DNA of 64,000 nucleotides from Microcoleus sp. Its GTDB lineage: Bacteria > Cyanobacteriota > Cyanobacteriia > Cyanobacteriales > Microcoleaceae. The stretch's first letter is position 1. The number at the start of each line of letters is the position of its first letter. Below are positions 31,456-42,249 of the stretch, in pieces. The notes below the pieces were generated by a model. It made no database searches and had not been told where the DNA came from. It saw only the letters and a list, made by a program, of their open reading frames with translations. The position numbers were made by a program, and so were the translations under genes. The stretch lies in NCBI GenBank assembly GCA_052279835.1, contig CP181291.1, positions 4,960,001-5,024,000 of the forward strand. The letters run 5' to 3'.

Positions 31456-33276
31456 ATGAAAGATTTCCTAAAATATACCTTTGCAAGCTTTCTAGGAAGC
31501 CTCCTAGGACTGGTAATGCTGGGCACCCTAGGATTGGGAGGACTGGTAGTGCTAATTGCTGTGGCTGCCTCTTCTTCAAAAGATGCAGGCCCGCAAGTTA
31601 AAGATAAATCTGTATTAGTATTAGATCTTTCTCTCAATATTACTGACAGCAAACCCAGCCGCAGTACCGGGGCTGCCATTGAAGAAGTGCTTTCTGAGGA
31701 TGGTTCGGATACTGTGACGCTGCGTACTGTTTTAGATGCGATCGAATCTGCGAAAAAAGATCCGAAAATAGTTGGTATTTATCTCGAAGGTAATTCTGAT
31801 TCTGGTGGCAGTGGGTTTGCTAATCTCAAAGAAGTGCGATCGGCATTGCAGCGTTTTCGAGAGGCTAAAAAACCAATTTTTGCTTATGAAATGGATTGGA
31901 ACGAGCGAGAATATTACCTTGGTTCCGTTGCCAATACCATTGCTATCAATCCCTTTGGCTCTGTGGAAATCAACGGTTTTAGCAGTCAGACGACGTTTTT
32001 TGCCGGCGCTTTAGAAAAATATGGAGTGGGAGTGCAAGTTACTCGCGTCGGCAAATATAAGTCAGCAGTCGAACCATTTTTGCTGAAAAAGATGAGCCCC
32101 GAAAATCGCCAGCAAACTCAAAAGTTGTTGGGAGATATTTGGGGTGAATATCTGACAACTGTGGGGCCAAACCGCAAATTGACTGTTCCGCAATTGCAGG
32201 CGATCGCAGATAATGGTGGCACGTTGATGGCTGAGGAAGCTCTCAAAAGCAAGTTAGTGGATAAAGTTGCATACTTTGACGAAATTGTCACCGAACTTAA
32301 GAAACTAACTGGAACCGATGGAGAAAACAAATCTTTCAAACAAATTAGTCTGAAAAATTACGCCAAAATTGCTGAAAATAAAAACTCGAATCGCGCTGAT
32401 AATCACAAGCAAGTGGCTGTACTTTATGCCGAAGGAGAAATTGTAGACGGCGAAGGGGGCGTGAGTCAAGTAGGAGGCGATCGCATCGCTCAAGAATTGC
32501 GTAAAATCCGAGAAGATAACGACGTAAAAGCAGTAGTTTTGCGCGTCAACAGTCCCGGAGGCAGTGTCACGGCATCTGAAATCATCGGCAGGGAAGTGGT
32601 ACTCACTGCTAAGAAAAAACCCGTGATCGTTTCCATGGGTAATTTAGCAGCTTCCGGTGGCTATTGGATTTCTATGGGTTCTAGCAAGATTTTTGCTGAA
32701 TCCAATACGATTACTGGTTCCATTGGCGTTTTTGGAATGTTACCCAACGTCGAAAAATTAGCTACCAACAACGGCGTAACTTGGGATGTCGTTAAAACTG
32801 GCCGCTTTGCTGATACTAACACGATTTCTCGCCCGAAAAATCCTCAAGAATTGGCTAATATTCAGAGGGTTGTCGATCGCATTTACGATAGATTTATTAC
32901 TAAAGTCGCCGATTCTCGCAAACTGCCCAAAGACAAGGTACAGGAAATTGCTCAAGGTCGGGTTTGGTCTGGTGCGGCCGCTAAGGAGTTGGGTTTAGTC
33001 GATCAAATTGGGGGTCTTGAAGATGCTATCAAAGAAGCCGTCAAACAAGCTAAACTAGGCAATGATTGGCAATTGGAAGAATATCCGAAACGTCGCAGTT
33101 TAGAGGAGCGCATTTTGGAAAAACTGTCCGGCGTGCGCGCCACCAAAGCATCAGTCAAACTCGATCCGCTGACGGCAGAAGTGCATAAAATGCAGCAGGA
33201 ACTAGCAGTGGTGCAGTCGATGAACGATCCCCAGGGAGTTTATGTTCGCTTACCTTTTAATTTTCGGATTGATTAA
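31456..33276 (+). CDS. sppA: Signal peptide peptidase SppA, 67K type
   Basis: GKYKSAVEP, RVNSPGG, AASGGYW, TITGSIGV, AQGRVW. Confidence 0.95.
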   Translation: MKDFLKYTFASFLGSLLGLVMLGTLGLGGLVVLIAVAASSSKDAGPQVKDKSVLVLDLSLNITDSKPSRSTGAAIEEVLSEDGSDTVTLRTVLDAIESAKKDPKIVGIYLEGNSDSGGSGFANLKEVRSALQRFREAKKPIFAYEMDWNEREYYLGSVANTIAINPFGSVEINGFSSQTTFFAGALEKYGVGVQVTRVGKYKSAVEPFLLKKMSPENRQQTQKLLGDIWGEYLTTVGPNRKLTVPQLQAIADNGGTLMAEEALKSKLVDKVAYFDEIVTELKKLTGTDGENKSFKQISLKNYAKIAENKNSNRADNHKQVAVLYAEGEIVDGEGGVSQVGGDRIAQELRKIREDNDVKAVVLRVNSPGGSVTASEIIGREVVLTAKKKPVIVSMGNLAASGGYWISMGSSKIFAESNTITGSIGVFGMLPNVEKLATNNGVTWDVVKTGRFADTNTISRPKNPQELANIQRVVDRIYDRFITKVADSRKLPKDKVQEIAQGRVWSGAAAKELGLVDQIGGLEDAIKEAVKQAKLGNDWQLEEYPKRRSLEERILEKLSGVRATKASVKLDPLTAEVHKMQQELAVVQSMNDPQGVYVRLPFNFRID

Positions 33277-33346
33277 TTGATATTGAGATGAGTTATATAG
33301 CAACCGCCCAAGCCCCAGGGCAACAGCTATTAATTCTTACTCAAAT

Positions 33347-33381
33347 AACAATCCTCCAGTCTTCGGCTTGGAGGATTGTTA
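33347..33381. terminator. Hairpin between convergent genes
   Basis: aacaatcctcca...tggaggattgtt. Confidence 0.65.
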
Positions 33382-33411
33382 AAATTATTGACTGGGAATT
33401 TACAAGATTTT

Positions 33412-33681
33412 TTATACGGTACGTTGAGTTAATAAACCCCAGATGAAAAGTAGAACGATCGCGCCTAGGACGGCAAAACCAACGCTAGGTATCGTTAATG
33501 CGCCGAAGGATGCTCCCCCGCTCGTCCCCAGGAAGACTTGACCTAAATAACCTCCCACTAGCGCTCCCAAAATTCCTAAACCTGTTGTAGCGAGGAAACC
33601 GCCGCCTTGTTGTCCGGGATAAATAGCTTTAGCGATCGCGCCGGCAATGAGTCCTAAAACAATCCATGCGATAATGCCCAT
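33412..33681 (-). CDS. GlsB/YeaQ/YmgE family stress membrane protein
   Basis: IIAWIVLGLIAGAIAKAIYPG...LGILGALVGG. Confidence 0.92.
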   Translation of the reverse strand: MGIIAWIVLGLIAGAIAKAIYPGQQGGGFLATTGLGILGALVGGYLGQVFLGTSGGASFGALTIPSVGFAVLGAIVLLFIWGLLTQRTV

Positions 33682-33993
33682 TTCTTTTTCTCCTGAATCC
33701 TAAACTGTTTTGTGCCTTGTCTTATGTTCTTAGAATAGCAACAGATATTGATTGGTTGTCTCTACCGTAGGGAGGAACCTAAAGTGGTACGATTTATCAG
33801 GAATAGTTACAATTTTGAGGTCGTTGAGTATGTCAAAAGAGTTAACCACACCTTTTTAGTGAAGAAAGGTAAAAGCTAGAAAGTAACTAGGCTGGATGCT
33901 GAAGGGAAAATGACTACTTTTGCTTGAGGTTTTGGTTTTTTACTTCTCAATACCACTACAATAATTCTTTAAAAATAGGAAACATTGGACCCG

Positions 33994-35181
33994 ATGGATC
34001 TAAGTTTGTGCATGATTGTAAAGAATGAAGAAGCAACACTGTCGCGGACTTTGGCTAGTGCTAAGGATGTTGTTGACGAAATGGTGGTGCTCGATACGGG
34101 TTCGGGCGATCGCACTTGTGAAATTGCACGAGAATTCGGGGCGAGAGTCTATCACTTTGAATGGGGCGATGACTTCGCAGCCGCCCGGAATGAGTGTCTC
34201 AAGTACGCCACGGGTGACTGGATTTTAGTGTTGGATGCCGATGAAGTGCTGGTACCGGAGATTGTACCTCACATTAAGCAGGGAATTCAGGGCGATCGCA
34301 CTTTAGTAATCAATCTCATCCGTCAAGAAATCGGTGCTTCTCAATCTCCCTATTCTCTCGTGTCGCGCTTGTTTCGCCATCGCCACGATATCCGGTTTTC
34401 TCGACCTTATCACGCCATGGTAGACGACAGCGTGGCTGAGATTTTGCAGAGGGAACCGGAGTGGAAAATAGTTGCTTTGGCGGATGTAGCGATTTTGCAC
34501 TCTGGTTATCAACAAGATGCGATCGCCACTAAAAACAAATTCCAAAAAGCTCAAGTGGCAATGGAAAGATATATCACCTATTATCCAAACGATGCCTATG
34601 CTTGTAGTAAATTAGGCGCTTTATATGTAGAAAGCGGACAAATTCAGCGGGGAATAGATTTATTAACTAAGGGCTTGACTGTTGTCCCCATTGATGATTC
34701 TATTGTTTACGAACTTAACTATCATTTGGGAATTGCTTACCGCCACCAACAGCAATTTGTGAAAGCCAAGGAACACTATCAAGCAGCAATTAATACCAAT
34801 GTTTTCCCAGCAATCAAGTTGGGTGCTTACAATAATTTGGGAAATTTACTCAAAGATGAGGGAGATTTGACCAGTGCCCAAATGGCTTACAAAGCTGCTT
34901 TGAAAATTGACCCCACTTTTGCCACTGGTCACTATAATTTAGGACTAACGCTGAAAGCAGCGGGGAATTTGGCAGATGCGATCGCCTATTATCGACAAGC
35001 AATTAAAATCGCTCCCGAACACGCGGAAGCCCATCAAAATTTGGCAGTAGCGCTGCTGAAAATTGGTAAAATGCCTGAGAGTTTAGCAGAATTCAAAAGG
35101 GCGATCGCCCTTCACGAACAGCGCCGTCCTTTTGAAGCAGAACGCCTGCGCCGGGGACTGCAAGAGATGGGGTTAATCTAA
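33994..35181 (+). CDS. GT2 glycosyltransferase with TPR repeats
   Basis: LSLCMIVKNEE, DTGS.D, DFAAARN, LDADE; C-terminal TPR repeats. Confidence 0.92.
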   Translation: MDLSLCMIVKNEEATLSRTLASAKDVVDEMVVLDTGSGDRTCEIAREFGARVYHFEWGDDFAAARNECLKYATGDWILVLDADEVLVPEIVPHIKQGIQGDRTLVINLIRQEIGASQSPYSLVSRLFRHRHDIRFSRPYHAMVDDSVAEILQREPEWKIVALADVAILHSGYQQDAIATKNKFQKAQVAMERYITYYPNDAYACSKLGALYVESGQIQRGIDLLTKGLTVVPIDDSIVYELNYHLGIAYRHQQQFVKAKEHYQAAINTNVFPAIKLGAYNNLGNLLKDEGDLTSAQMAYKAALKIDPTFATGHYNLGLTLKAAGNLADAIAYYRQAIKIAPEHAEAHQNLAVALLKIGKMPESLAEFKRAIALHEQRRPFEAERLRRGLQEMGLI

Positions 35182-35302
35182 CTGAGATGATGCCTTTTGT
35201 GGGCGGGTTCTCCGGCCCACCCCACAATCAAATGCCCTATTCGTGGAACAGGCATCTTGCCTGTTCATAAAAATAGTCAAAAGTCAGATGCAATCAATAA
35301 AA

Positions 35303-36019
35303 TCAACCAACTATCTCTACCGTACCAGTATCCAAATCATAGCGCCCCCCAACAACTTTAAGTTTGCCTGCTTTAACTGCTTGAGCTATAATTGGTGATG
35401 ATTGTTTTAACTTATTTACGTTCATTTTCACATTAGCTTTGACTGCGTTATCCCAGGCATCCCCCGGTTGACCTTTGATCGAATCAACCGCCGGTTTAAT
35501 CGCCGCCACCAAACTGCCAATTTTACCAGGAACTGGTTTGCCGTCTAAAGCTGCTTTGACAGCACCGCAGCGTTCGTGACCTAGGATAATTACCAAGGGA
35601 GTACCCAATTCTGCGACACCATATTCCATGGTACCGATAATAGCATCGTCTAGGACATTTCCAGCTACTCGGATATCAAATAAATCCCCCAATCCTTGGT
35701 CGAAAAGAATTTCAGGAACCACCCGCGAATCGGAACAGCAAAGAACGATCGCAAAGGGATGTTGACCCTTTGCTACTTCTGTAATGCGCGATCGGCCTTG
35801 GTCGGGAAATGTCCGTTTTTGTTGAATGTAGCGCCGATTCCCATCCATCAATTTCTGGAGTGCGGCATCAGAAGTGATGTTTGGGCTGGCCTCTGTGTTA
35901 GCGTTGGCCGCTTCCACTTTTAAGACTCCTGGTGCAATGGCTGCCACCAGCGCCCCTGCACCAGCCATCAACATGGCATTCCGCCTCGACATCCCGCCTG
36001 TTTTTTTTGGTTCGATCAT
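35303..36019 (-). CDS. Beta-class carbonic anhydrase with twin-arginine signal
   Basis: SRRNAML signal; CSDSRV, RVAGN, HERCGA. Confidence 0.93.
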   Translation of the reverse strand: MIEPKKTGGMSRRNAMLMAGAGALVAAIAPGVLKVEAANANTEASPNITSDAALQKLMDGNRRYIQQKRTFPDQGRSRITEVAKGQHPFAIVLCCSDSRVVPEILFDQGLGDLFDIRVAGNVLDDAIIGTMEYGVAELGTPLVIILGHERCGAVKAALDGKPVPGKIGSLVAAIKPAVDSIKGQPGDAWDNAVKANVKMNVNKLKQSSPIIAQAVKAGKLKVVGGRYDLDTGTVEIVG

Positions 36020-36217
36020 TATTTATAACTCTCTTTCAGCGTTAAACATTTTGAGCATAATATGTACAATAAATTTTGACTAATTTTTTTATTGTTTCTT
36101 TACAAGCCATCTCTCACTAATTTAAAAAAATGATGAATAATTATAAATTATTCCCACGTTAATACCAAATAAAAGCTATAATTAGAGATTGACAATAATT
36201 TTGCTCAATAAATCGAA

Positions 36218-37027
36218 ATGGCTTACGTTGCCAGTATTCATATCTATCCAATCAAATCCCTAGACGGCCTAGCTGTCAGTCAAGCAACTCTTTTGGCTAG
36301 CGGGGCTCTAAAAGGCGATCGATCCTTTGCTATCTGTGACGAGCAAGGTGAATTTGTCAAAAGCCAGCCCCACAACGGAGCTTGTTTTCTACGTTTATCC
36401 TTTAATATCAGCAATAACATCGTTGGTCTCAAAATTCAAGGCACTGAACAAGAACTATTTTTTCACATCGATCGAGAACGGGCCAGAATACAATCATGGT
36501 TGACTAACTACTTCGGTTTCCGTGTCAAGTTAGTTGAGAACTTGCTAACCGGCTTTCCCGAAAATCCCGCAGCACCGGGACCAACCATCATCAGTACCGA
36601 AACAATTGTAGAAATTGCATCTTGGTTTCCCAGAGTTTGCGTTAATGAAATGCGACAGCACTTGCGAGCTAATATTGAAATTGGAGATGTGCCGCCATTT
36701 TGGGAAGACCAACTGTTTACAGCCAATGAAGAAATTGTTCGGTTGCAAATAGGAACAATCACATTTGAAGCTCTTAATCCCAGCCAACGCTCTATCCTAT
36801 CGCCGCGTCATTATTTTAGGGAAGAAGTTTATCCAAATTTTCAAAATGTATTCACAGCCAAGCGGCATAAAACGATAGCTGATTCCGCAAGACGATTGCC
36901 TTTAAATCACTTGTCGCAACTTAACATTAACACGCGAGTACCCGATCGCTTATCAGGAAAAATACTACAAATAGGCGATGAAGTAAAAATCATCACCCTC
37001 AAGTCAAGTGTGGATTTGGGATTTTAA
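36218..37027 (+). CDS. MOSC domain protein, degenerate active site
   Basis: IHIYPIKSLDG, DRSFA, RANI, FWEDQL; the expected Cys motif reads PSQRS. Confidence 0.8.
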   Translation: MAYVASIHIYPIKSLDGLAVSQATLLASGALKGDRSFAICDEQGEFVKSQPHNGACFLRLSFNISNNIVGLKIQGTEQELFFHIDRERARIQSWLTNYFGFRVKLVENLLTGFPENPAAPGPTIISTETIVEIASWFPRVCVNEMRQHLRANIEIGDVPPFWEDQLFTANEEIVRLQIGTITFEALNPSQRSILSPRHYFREEVYPNFQNVFTAKRHKTIADSARRLPLNHLSQLNINTRVPDRLSGKILQIGDEVKIITLKSSVDLGF

Positions 37028-37036
37028 ACGGCTAGA

Positions 37037-37891
37037 TCAAATCGGCGGTAACTCCAAAGGAAGCTGACCCAAAACACCAGTTCTAAAATCATTCAACATT
37101 TGCCGTGCCATTCGTTCCACGTCTCCTTGATGTCTTTCTTTCGCTACCTCGTGTAAATAATTTTCACCATTACTAGATAAAGCATCTAATTTATATCTGG
37201 ATTTGAAACCAGATACTGAGATCAAAGTATCATCAGTAGCTTCCAGCCCCAGGAGCAAATCCACCATCGCCGCTGCTACTACCTGATTGTCGTAAGCTGC
37301 TTCGCCAATATCTTCACAAATAGCTAACTTGAGGGCATTGTCTTGATTGTTAATACGGGTGGGAATCACTCCGGGGGTATCTAACAACTCAATTTGGTCA
37401 GAAATGCGAACCCATCGGAGCGATCGAGTTACTCCAGCCCTGCGCGCACTATCTACGACTTTGCGTCCCAACAGCCTGTTAATTAAAGCAGATTTTCCCA
37501 CATTGGGAAAGCCAATCACCACCGCTCGGACAGGACGAGGAAGCATACCGCGATCGAATCTTCTTTGATTCAATTGCACCCCAGCATTCTGTACAGCATC
37601 CGCCAAAGCATTTATGCCGTGTCCATGTTCGGCATTAGTAAAATAAACCGATTCCCCCCTTGCTTCAAACCAGTTTTCCCATTCCTCCCGCAACCGAGGC
37701 GAAATCATATCCATCCGATTAATAACTAAGATGCGTGCTTTGCTGCCCACCCAATTCAGCATTTGGGGATGGTGAGTAGCCAAAGGAATGCGGGCATCTC
37801 GGACTTCGAGCACCACATCTACTCGCTTTAGTTGTTCTTTTAATGCCCGTTCCGCTTTGGCAATGTGACCGGGATACCAGTGAATTTTCAT
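37037..37891 (-). CDS. ylqF: Ribosome biogenesis GTPase YlqF/RbgA
   Basis: IHWYPGH, EVRDARIP, GFPNVGKS, LLDTPG. Confidence 0.96.
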   Translation of the reverse strand: MKIHWYPGHIAKAERALKEQLKRVDVVLEVRDARIPLATHHPQMLNWVGSKARILVINRMDMISPRLREEWENWFEARGESVYFTNAEHGHGINALADAVQNAGVQLNQRRFDRGMLPRPVRAVVIGFPNVGKSALINRLLGRKVVDSARRAGVTRSLRWVRISDQIELLDTPGVIPTRINNQDNALKLAICEDIGEAAYDNQVVAAAMVDLLLGLEATDDTLISVSGFKSRYKLDALSSNGENYLHEVAKERHQGDVERMARQMLNDFRTGVLGQLPLELPPI

Positions 37892-38072
37892 TAGTTATTA
37901 GTTATTAGTTATTAGTTATTGGTTATTAATTGTTAGTCATTGGTCATGGGTTATTGGTCAGTGGGCTGTTGGCAGTAGTCAGTTATCATTCACCTAATGA
38001 CTACTGACCAATGACTACTGACCAATGACTACTGACCAATGACTACTGACCAATGACTACTGACCAATGACT
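37892..38072. repeat. STRR tracts: (TTAGTTA)n and 14-mer (ATGACTACTGACCA)n
   Basis: Tandem 7- and 14-mers visible directly. Confidence 0.85.
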
Positions 38073-38484
38073 AAGGCACAATCAAAACTGCACAAGGAGA
38101 TAAGTTTATCACCCGACTGGTAACGCTGTCAGACGCCCCATCATCAGTTAAACCCATCCCTCGACAGCCCATCACAATCAAATCAGCCCCAATTTCGTCA
38201 GCCACATCACAAATCGTGAAAGCAGGCTTGCCTTCCCGTTCAATGATTTCAGCTTGAATTCCCTGCTGGGAGAACATCGCCTGAGCATCAGACAGCAGTT
38301 TGGCGACGGCTTCGGGTGAAGCCATTGTTTCTCGCGGCGGGGATTCGCCACCCTCGGCTGGGGGTTCGACTACCGACAGAATCACTAAACGAGCACCGTA
38401 GGTTTTCACAATATTGACAACCTTTTCGGCAGCTTCGCGGGCTTCTCGGCTTTGATCTACTGGAAATAAGACAGTCTTGAACAT
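38071..38484 (-). CDS. Universal stress protein
   Basis: MFKTVLFPVDQS, ADLIVMGCRG, SVT..V..LSPCAVLIVP. Confidence 0.92.
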   Translation of the reverse strand: MFKTVLFPVDQSREAREAAEKVVNIVKTYGARLVILSVVEPPAEGGESPPRETMASPEAVAKLLSDAQAMFSQQGIQAEIIEREGKPAFTICDVADEIGADLIVMGCRGMGLTDDGASDSVTSRVINLSPCAVLIVP

Positions 38485-38669
38485 ACTGCACATCTCCGGG
38501 ACACGGACTCCGATAAAATGTTTAGGTTGAACCAATTAGTGCCGTTTGTTCCATCTTCCGTTTTTTTGTACGGGCGCGGTTGAATGCGTCCGAGGCCCAA
38601 GTACCAGTGACCAGTGCCACCATTACAACGGAATTCAACAAAAAGACACATATTTAGGAGGTTAATCCT

Positions 38670-39869
38670 GTGACAAAAAAAACTGTAGCAAATTTATCGG
38701 CATCGGACTTATCGGGAAAACGGGTATTGGTGCGGGCGGACTTTAACGTGCCACTCGACAACGGCAGTATCACCGATGATACTCGCATCCGGGCTGCTCT
38801 GCCGACAATTCAAGATTTAGCATCCAAGGGCGCTAAGGTGATTTTGTGCAGCCACTTCGGCCGTCCCAAGGGCGTGACTGAGAAGTTGCGCTTGACTCCT
38901 GTTGCTAAGCGACTGTCGGAATTGTTGGGTAAAGAAGTCAAAAAGACTGACGACTGCATCGGTGATGAAGTCGCTGCTACTGTCGCGGCGATGCAAGATG
39001 GCGATGTGGTGTTGCTGGAAAATGTCCGCTTTTACCCAGAAGAGGAGGCAAATGACCCGGAATTTGCTAAGAAGTTAGCTTCTGTGGCTGATTTGTATGT
39101 CAATGATGCTTTTGGCACTGCTCACCGGGCTCATGCTTCTACTGAGGGTGTTACTAAGTATCTGAGTCCTTCTGTGGCTGGCTTTTTGATGGAGAAGGAG
39201 TTGCAGTATCTTGGTAGTGCGATCGACAATCCTCAACGTCCTTTAGCTGCCATTATCGGCGGTTCTAAGGTTTCGAGCAAGATTGGAGTCATTGAAAAAC
39301 TGCTGGAGAAGTGCGACAAATTGCTCTTGGGCGGTGGCATGGTTTTCACATTCTACAAGGCTCGTGGCTTGAGCGTTGGTAAGTCTTTGGTGGAAGATGA
39401 CAAGCTGGAATTGGCTAAGTCTTTGGAAGCTAAGGCGAAGGAACGGGGAGTTGCTTTTCTGTTACCTACTGATGTGGTAGTTGCTGATAAGTTTGCTGGT
39501 GATGCTAATACTCAAACTGTCTCTGTTGAGAGCATTCCTGATGGTTGGATGGGTTTGGATATCGGCCCGGATTCGGTGAAAACTTTCCAAGATGCTTTGG
39601 CTGATTGCAAAACTGTCATCTGGAACGGACCCATGGGCGTGTTTGAGATGGAGAAGTTTGCTGCGGGTACTGAAGGTATCGCTCATTCTTTGGCTGGACT
39701 GACGAAGACTGGTACTACCACTATTATTGGTGGTGGTGACTCGGTGGCTGCTGTGGAACAGTTGAATTTGGGTTCAGAAATGAGCCACATTTCTACTGGT
39801 GGCGGTGCTAGTTTGGAGTTGCTTGAAGGTAAGGAATTGCCTGGTGTTGCTGCTTTAGATGAGGCTTAA
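38670..39869 (+). CDS. pgk: Phosphoglycerate kinase
   Basis: [44 protein letters not shown]. Confidence 0.98.
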   Translation: MTKKTVANLSASDLSGKRVLVRADFNVPLDNGSITDDTRIRAALPTIQDLASKGAKVILCSHFGRPKGVTEKLRLTPVAKRLSELLGKEVKKTDDCIGDEVAATVAAMQDGDVVLLENVRFYPEEEANDPEFAKKLASVADLYVNDAFGTAHRAHASTEGVTKYLSPSVAGFLMEKELQYLGSAIDNPQRPLAAIIGGSKVSSKIGVIEKLLEKCDKLLLGGGMVFTFYKARGLSVGKSLVEDDKLELAKSLEAKAKERGVAFLLPTDVVVADKFAGDANTQTVSVESIPDGWMGLDIGPDSVKTFQDALADCKTVIWNGPMGVFEMEKFAAGTEGIAHSLAGLTKTGTTTIIGGGDSVAAVEQLNLGSEMSHISTGGGASLELLEGKELPGVAALDEA

Positions 39870-40031
39870 TCCCAGTTAGGTAGGGCGGGCTTGGCCCGCC
39901 TTGCTGCGAATAGGTTTTTTGGGGATTTACCGCAGAGGGCGCAGAGAACGCAGAGGAGGGAGAAAAGAGAGGGGCAATGGGTTTAAAGTCTAGAGTTTGT
40001 TAGTATAATTTATTTGAAGTGGCTGTGAGGT

Positions 40032-40754
40032 TTGTTTGTGAAATTTAAAGTTTTAGCAACTGTAACGGCAAGTTTAGCTTTATTTTGGTATTCCGCTCCT
40101 GTTCTAGCTCAAAATGCCGATCATGTGAGGCAATTGTTGGAAACTAAGGAGTGTGAGGGTTGTGATTTGAGAAATGCTGATTTGTTCAAGGCTAGCTTGT
40201 ACAGGGCTAAGTTGAAAGGAGCAGATTTAAGCGGCGCAAATCTTTATGAAGCTAATTTGGTACAAGCGGATTTAACTGATGCTAATTTGGCTGGTGCTAA
40301 TTTAGTTAATGCTGATTTGTATGGTGCGGATTTGGATAGTGCTAATCTGCGCAGTGCGAATTTGTCTAATGCTTTTTTGGGTAGGGCAAATATGACGATG
40401 GCTGATTTGCGTGGTGCTAAACTTTTTGGGGCTAATTTGGCGGAATCTTATTTGTTGCAAGCTAATTTGTCGAATACTGATTTGAGGCGATCGCTTTTGT
40501 TTAGAGTTAATTTCAGTCGAGCGAATTTAAGTGGGGCTGATTTGTCTTTTGCGGATGTGCGCGATACGAATTTGCAGAATGCTATTTTGTCTAATACTAG
40601 GCTGACTAAAGTTCAATTGAGTGGTACAAATATAGATGCGGTGAGGGATTTTCGTCAGGCTGATTTGGAACGTGCCAATTTACGGGGGACGAATGTGGGT
40701 CCGGTGGTTTGTGTGAATACTCGTTTTCCTGATTGTGTTTTGAATTTGGAGTGA
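40032..40754 (+). CDS. Secreted pentapeptide repeat protein
   Basis: Signal peptide; LLETKECEGCDL; A(D/N)Lxx repeats. Confidence 0.92.
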   Translation: MFVKFKVLATVTASLALFWYSAPVLAQNADHVRQLLETKECEGCDLRNADLFKASLYRAKLKGADLSGANLYEANLVQADLTDANLAGANLVNADLYGADLDSANLRSANLSNAFLGRANMTMADLRGAKLFGANLAESYLLQANLSNTDLRRSLLFRVNFSRANLSGADLSFADVRDTNLQNAILSNTRLTKVQLSGTNIDAVRDFRQADLERANLRGTNVGPVVCVNTRFPDCVLNLE

Positions 40755-40955
40755 TTAGTCGGCTAGACTGATGTGTGGTTCTAGACAAACGAAGTCCGCC
40801 TGCGCGGACTTTCTGTTTTTTAGTCTTGGAGGATGTAGGGAAGTGCGATCGCCCTTTGAGGCACTATTTGTGTGGTTATGATAGAATGCAAGTAAACCTA
40901 GTTTGATTAGTGCAAGTCAGCATGGTGGAATAATGAAGATGGGTCAAAAAGAAAA

Positions 40956-41708
40956 ATGATGGCTGAATGCTTGGTTCCAGAACGGATTGTGCCAAGTTAT
41001 ATTCAAATGATTTATGTTGCTTGCGATCGCGCCAGAGAAGATTTAGGAAAAAAGCTGCTTGCTTGTGACAAGCCTAGTTTTTCGGAGATACCTATTACTG
41101 TTGAACCAGAAAGATTTTTTCAACCAGTCTGGAGTGCTAGACTTACTCCAACTGTTTCTCTGATTCGCGGAGATATGTTTTTTTCAAAAATGCAAACTCT
41201 TACTGTTAGCGTTAATTGTGTAGGTGTCATGGGCAAAGGATTGGCATCAACAGCAAAAGATCGTTTTCCTGATGTATATGTCAGGTATGAAAAAGTGTGC
41301 AGAAATAAGAGTTTGCAGATAGGAAAACCTTACTTATACAAACGTGAGTCATCGGTTATAGAACAATTAGCTGAGCCTACATTATTGCCTTCAGAAAATC
41401 GTAACGATCACTCTCAAACATGGTTCTTATTGTTTCCCACCAAGAATCACTGGAAAAATAATTCAACTCTTATTGACATTGAGAATGGCTTGCAGTGGCT
41501 TTGTGAAAACTACAAAAGTGAAGGGATAAAGTCGTTAGCAATGCCGGCACTTGGATGCGGACTTGGTGGTTTAGAGTGGCGAGATGTTGGTCCTTTGATG
41601 TGTAAGTATTTGACTTCTATTGATATTCCTGTAGCCATATATTTACCCTCAGAAGGAAAACTTTCAGATGATTTAGTTTCACGCGATTTTTTGCTTTCTC
41701 AAGTGTAG
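40956..41708 (+). CDS. Macro domain (DarG-like) protein, preceded by the C-terminal tail of a DarT-like domain
   Basis: GDMF..VSVNCVGVMGKGLA, FPTKNHWK, SLAMPALGCGLGGLEW; in-frame upstream WWNNEDGSKRKMMAECLVP. Confidence 0.82.
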   Translation: MMAECLVPERIVPSYIQMIYVACDRAREDLGKKLLACDKPSFSEIPITVEPERFFQPVWSARLTPTVSLIRGDMFFSKMQTLTVSVNCVGVMGKGLASTAKDRFPDVYVRYEKVCRNKSLQIGKPYLYKRESSVIEQLAEPTLLPSENRNDHSQTWFLLFPTKNHWKNNSTLIDIENGLQWLCENYKSEGIKSLAMPALGCGLGGLEWRDVGPLMCKYLTSIDIPVAIYLPSEGKLSDDLVSRDFLLSQV

Positions 41709-41825
41709 TTTTGAATTTTAATTATTCAGCCTTCAGAATATGACTATATTCACGCTTCCTTTCAGTGAATTTACCTAAAAATTGCCGCCAACAACGTCAC
41801 TCGGTTGCTAGCGACAAAAAACCGA

Positions 41826-42104
41826 TTAACCCTCTGATTTCAAAGGCTTAGTGGAATTCGCACAAAACTTTTCGTCCACAATAGCTGAACTGATATTAAC
41901 CGCCTGCATGGGCGATGAGGGTAGAACTAAGTTTTGGGGGGCGACTACCATTTTTTTACAAACAAGTTCGCTGCTGCCTACAGAGGCAAAGTTCCAAGCG
42001 TAAAATTCGGGGTTGCTGACTGTCGCAGTGGCTGGATTCATACCTAGTGCTGTCAGCAATACTAACTCTAAGGTCACTAAAGCTACGATCGCAAATCTCA
42101 GCAT
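41826..42104 (-). CDS. Small secreted hypothetical protein
   Basis: Signal-peptide-like N-terminus; two Cys. Confidence 0.6.
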   Translation of the reverse strand: MLRFAIVALVTLELVLLTALGMNPATATVSNPEFYAWNFASVGSSELVCKKMVVAPQNLVLPSSPMQAVNISSAIVDEKFCANSTKPLKSEG

Positions 42105-42249
42105 ATTCTTTTTTGAACCGGAAAATTCACTTGATTACTATTCTCTATTATTGCCTGGGTTTTGTGCAACGTCAATCGATTTGAGATTTGAGATTTTAGA
42201 TGGGAACAATGCAGCAAGCTACGCGCCGGATGAATCCTGGGGCGATTAT

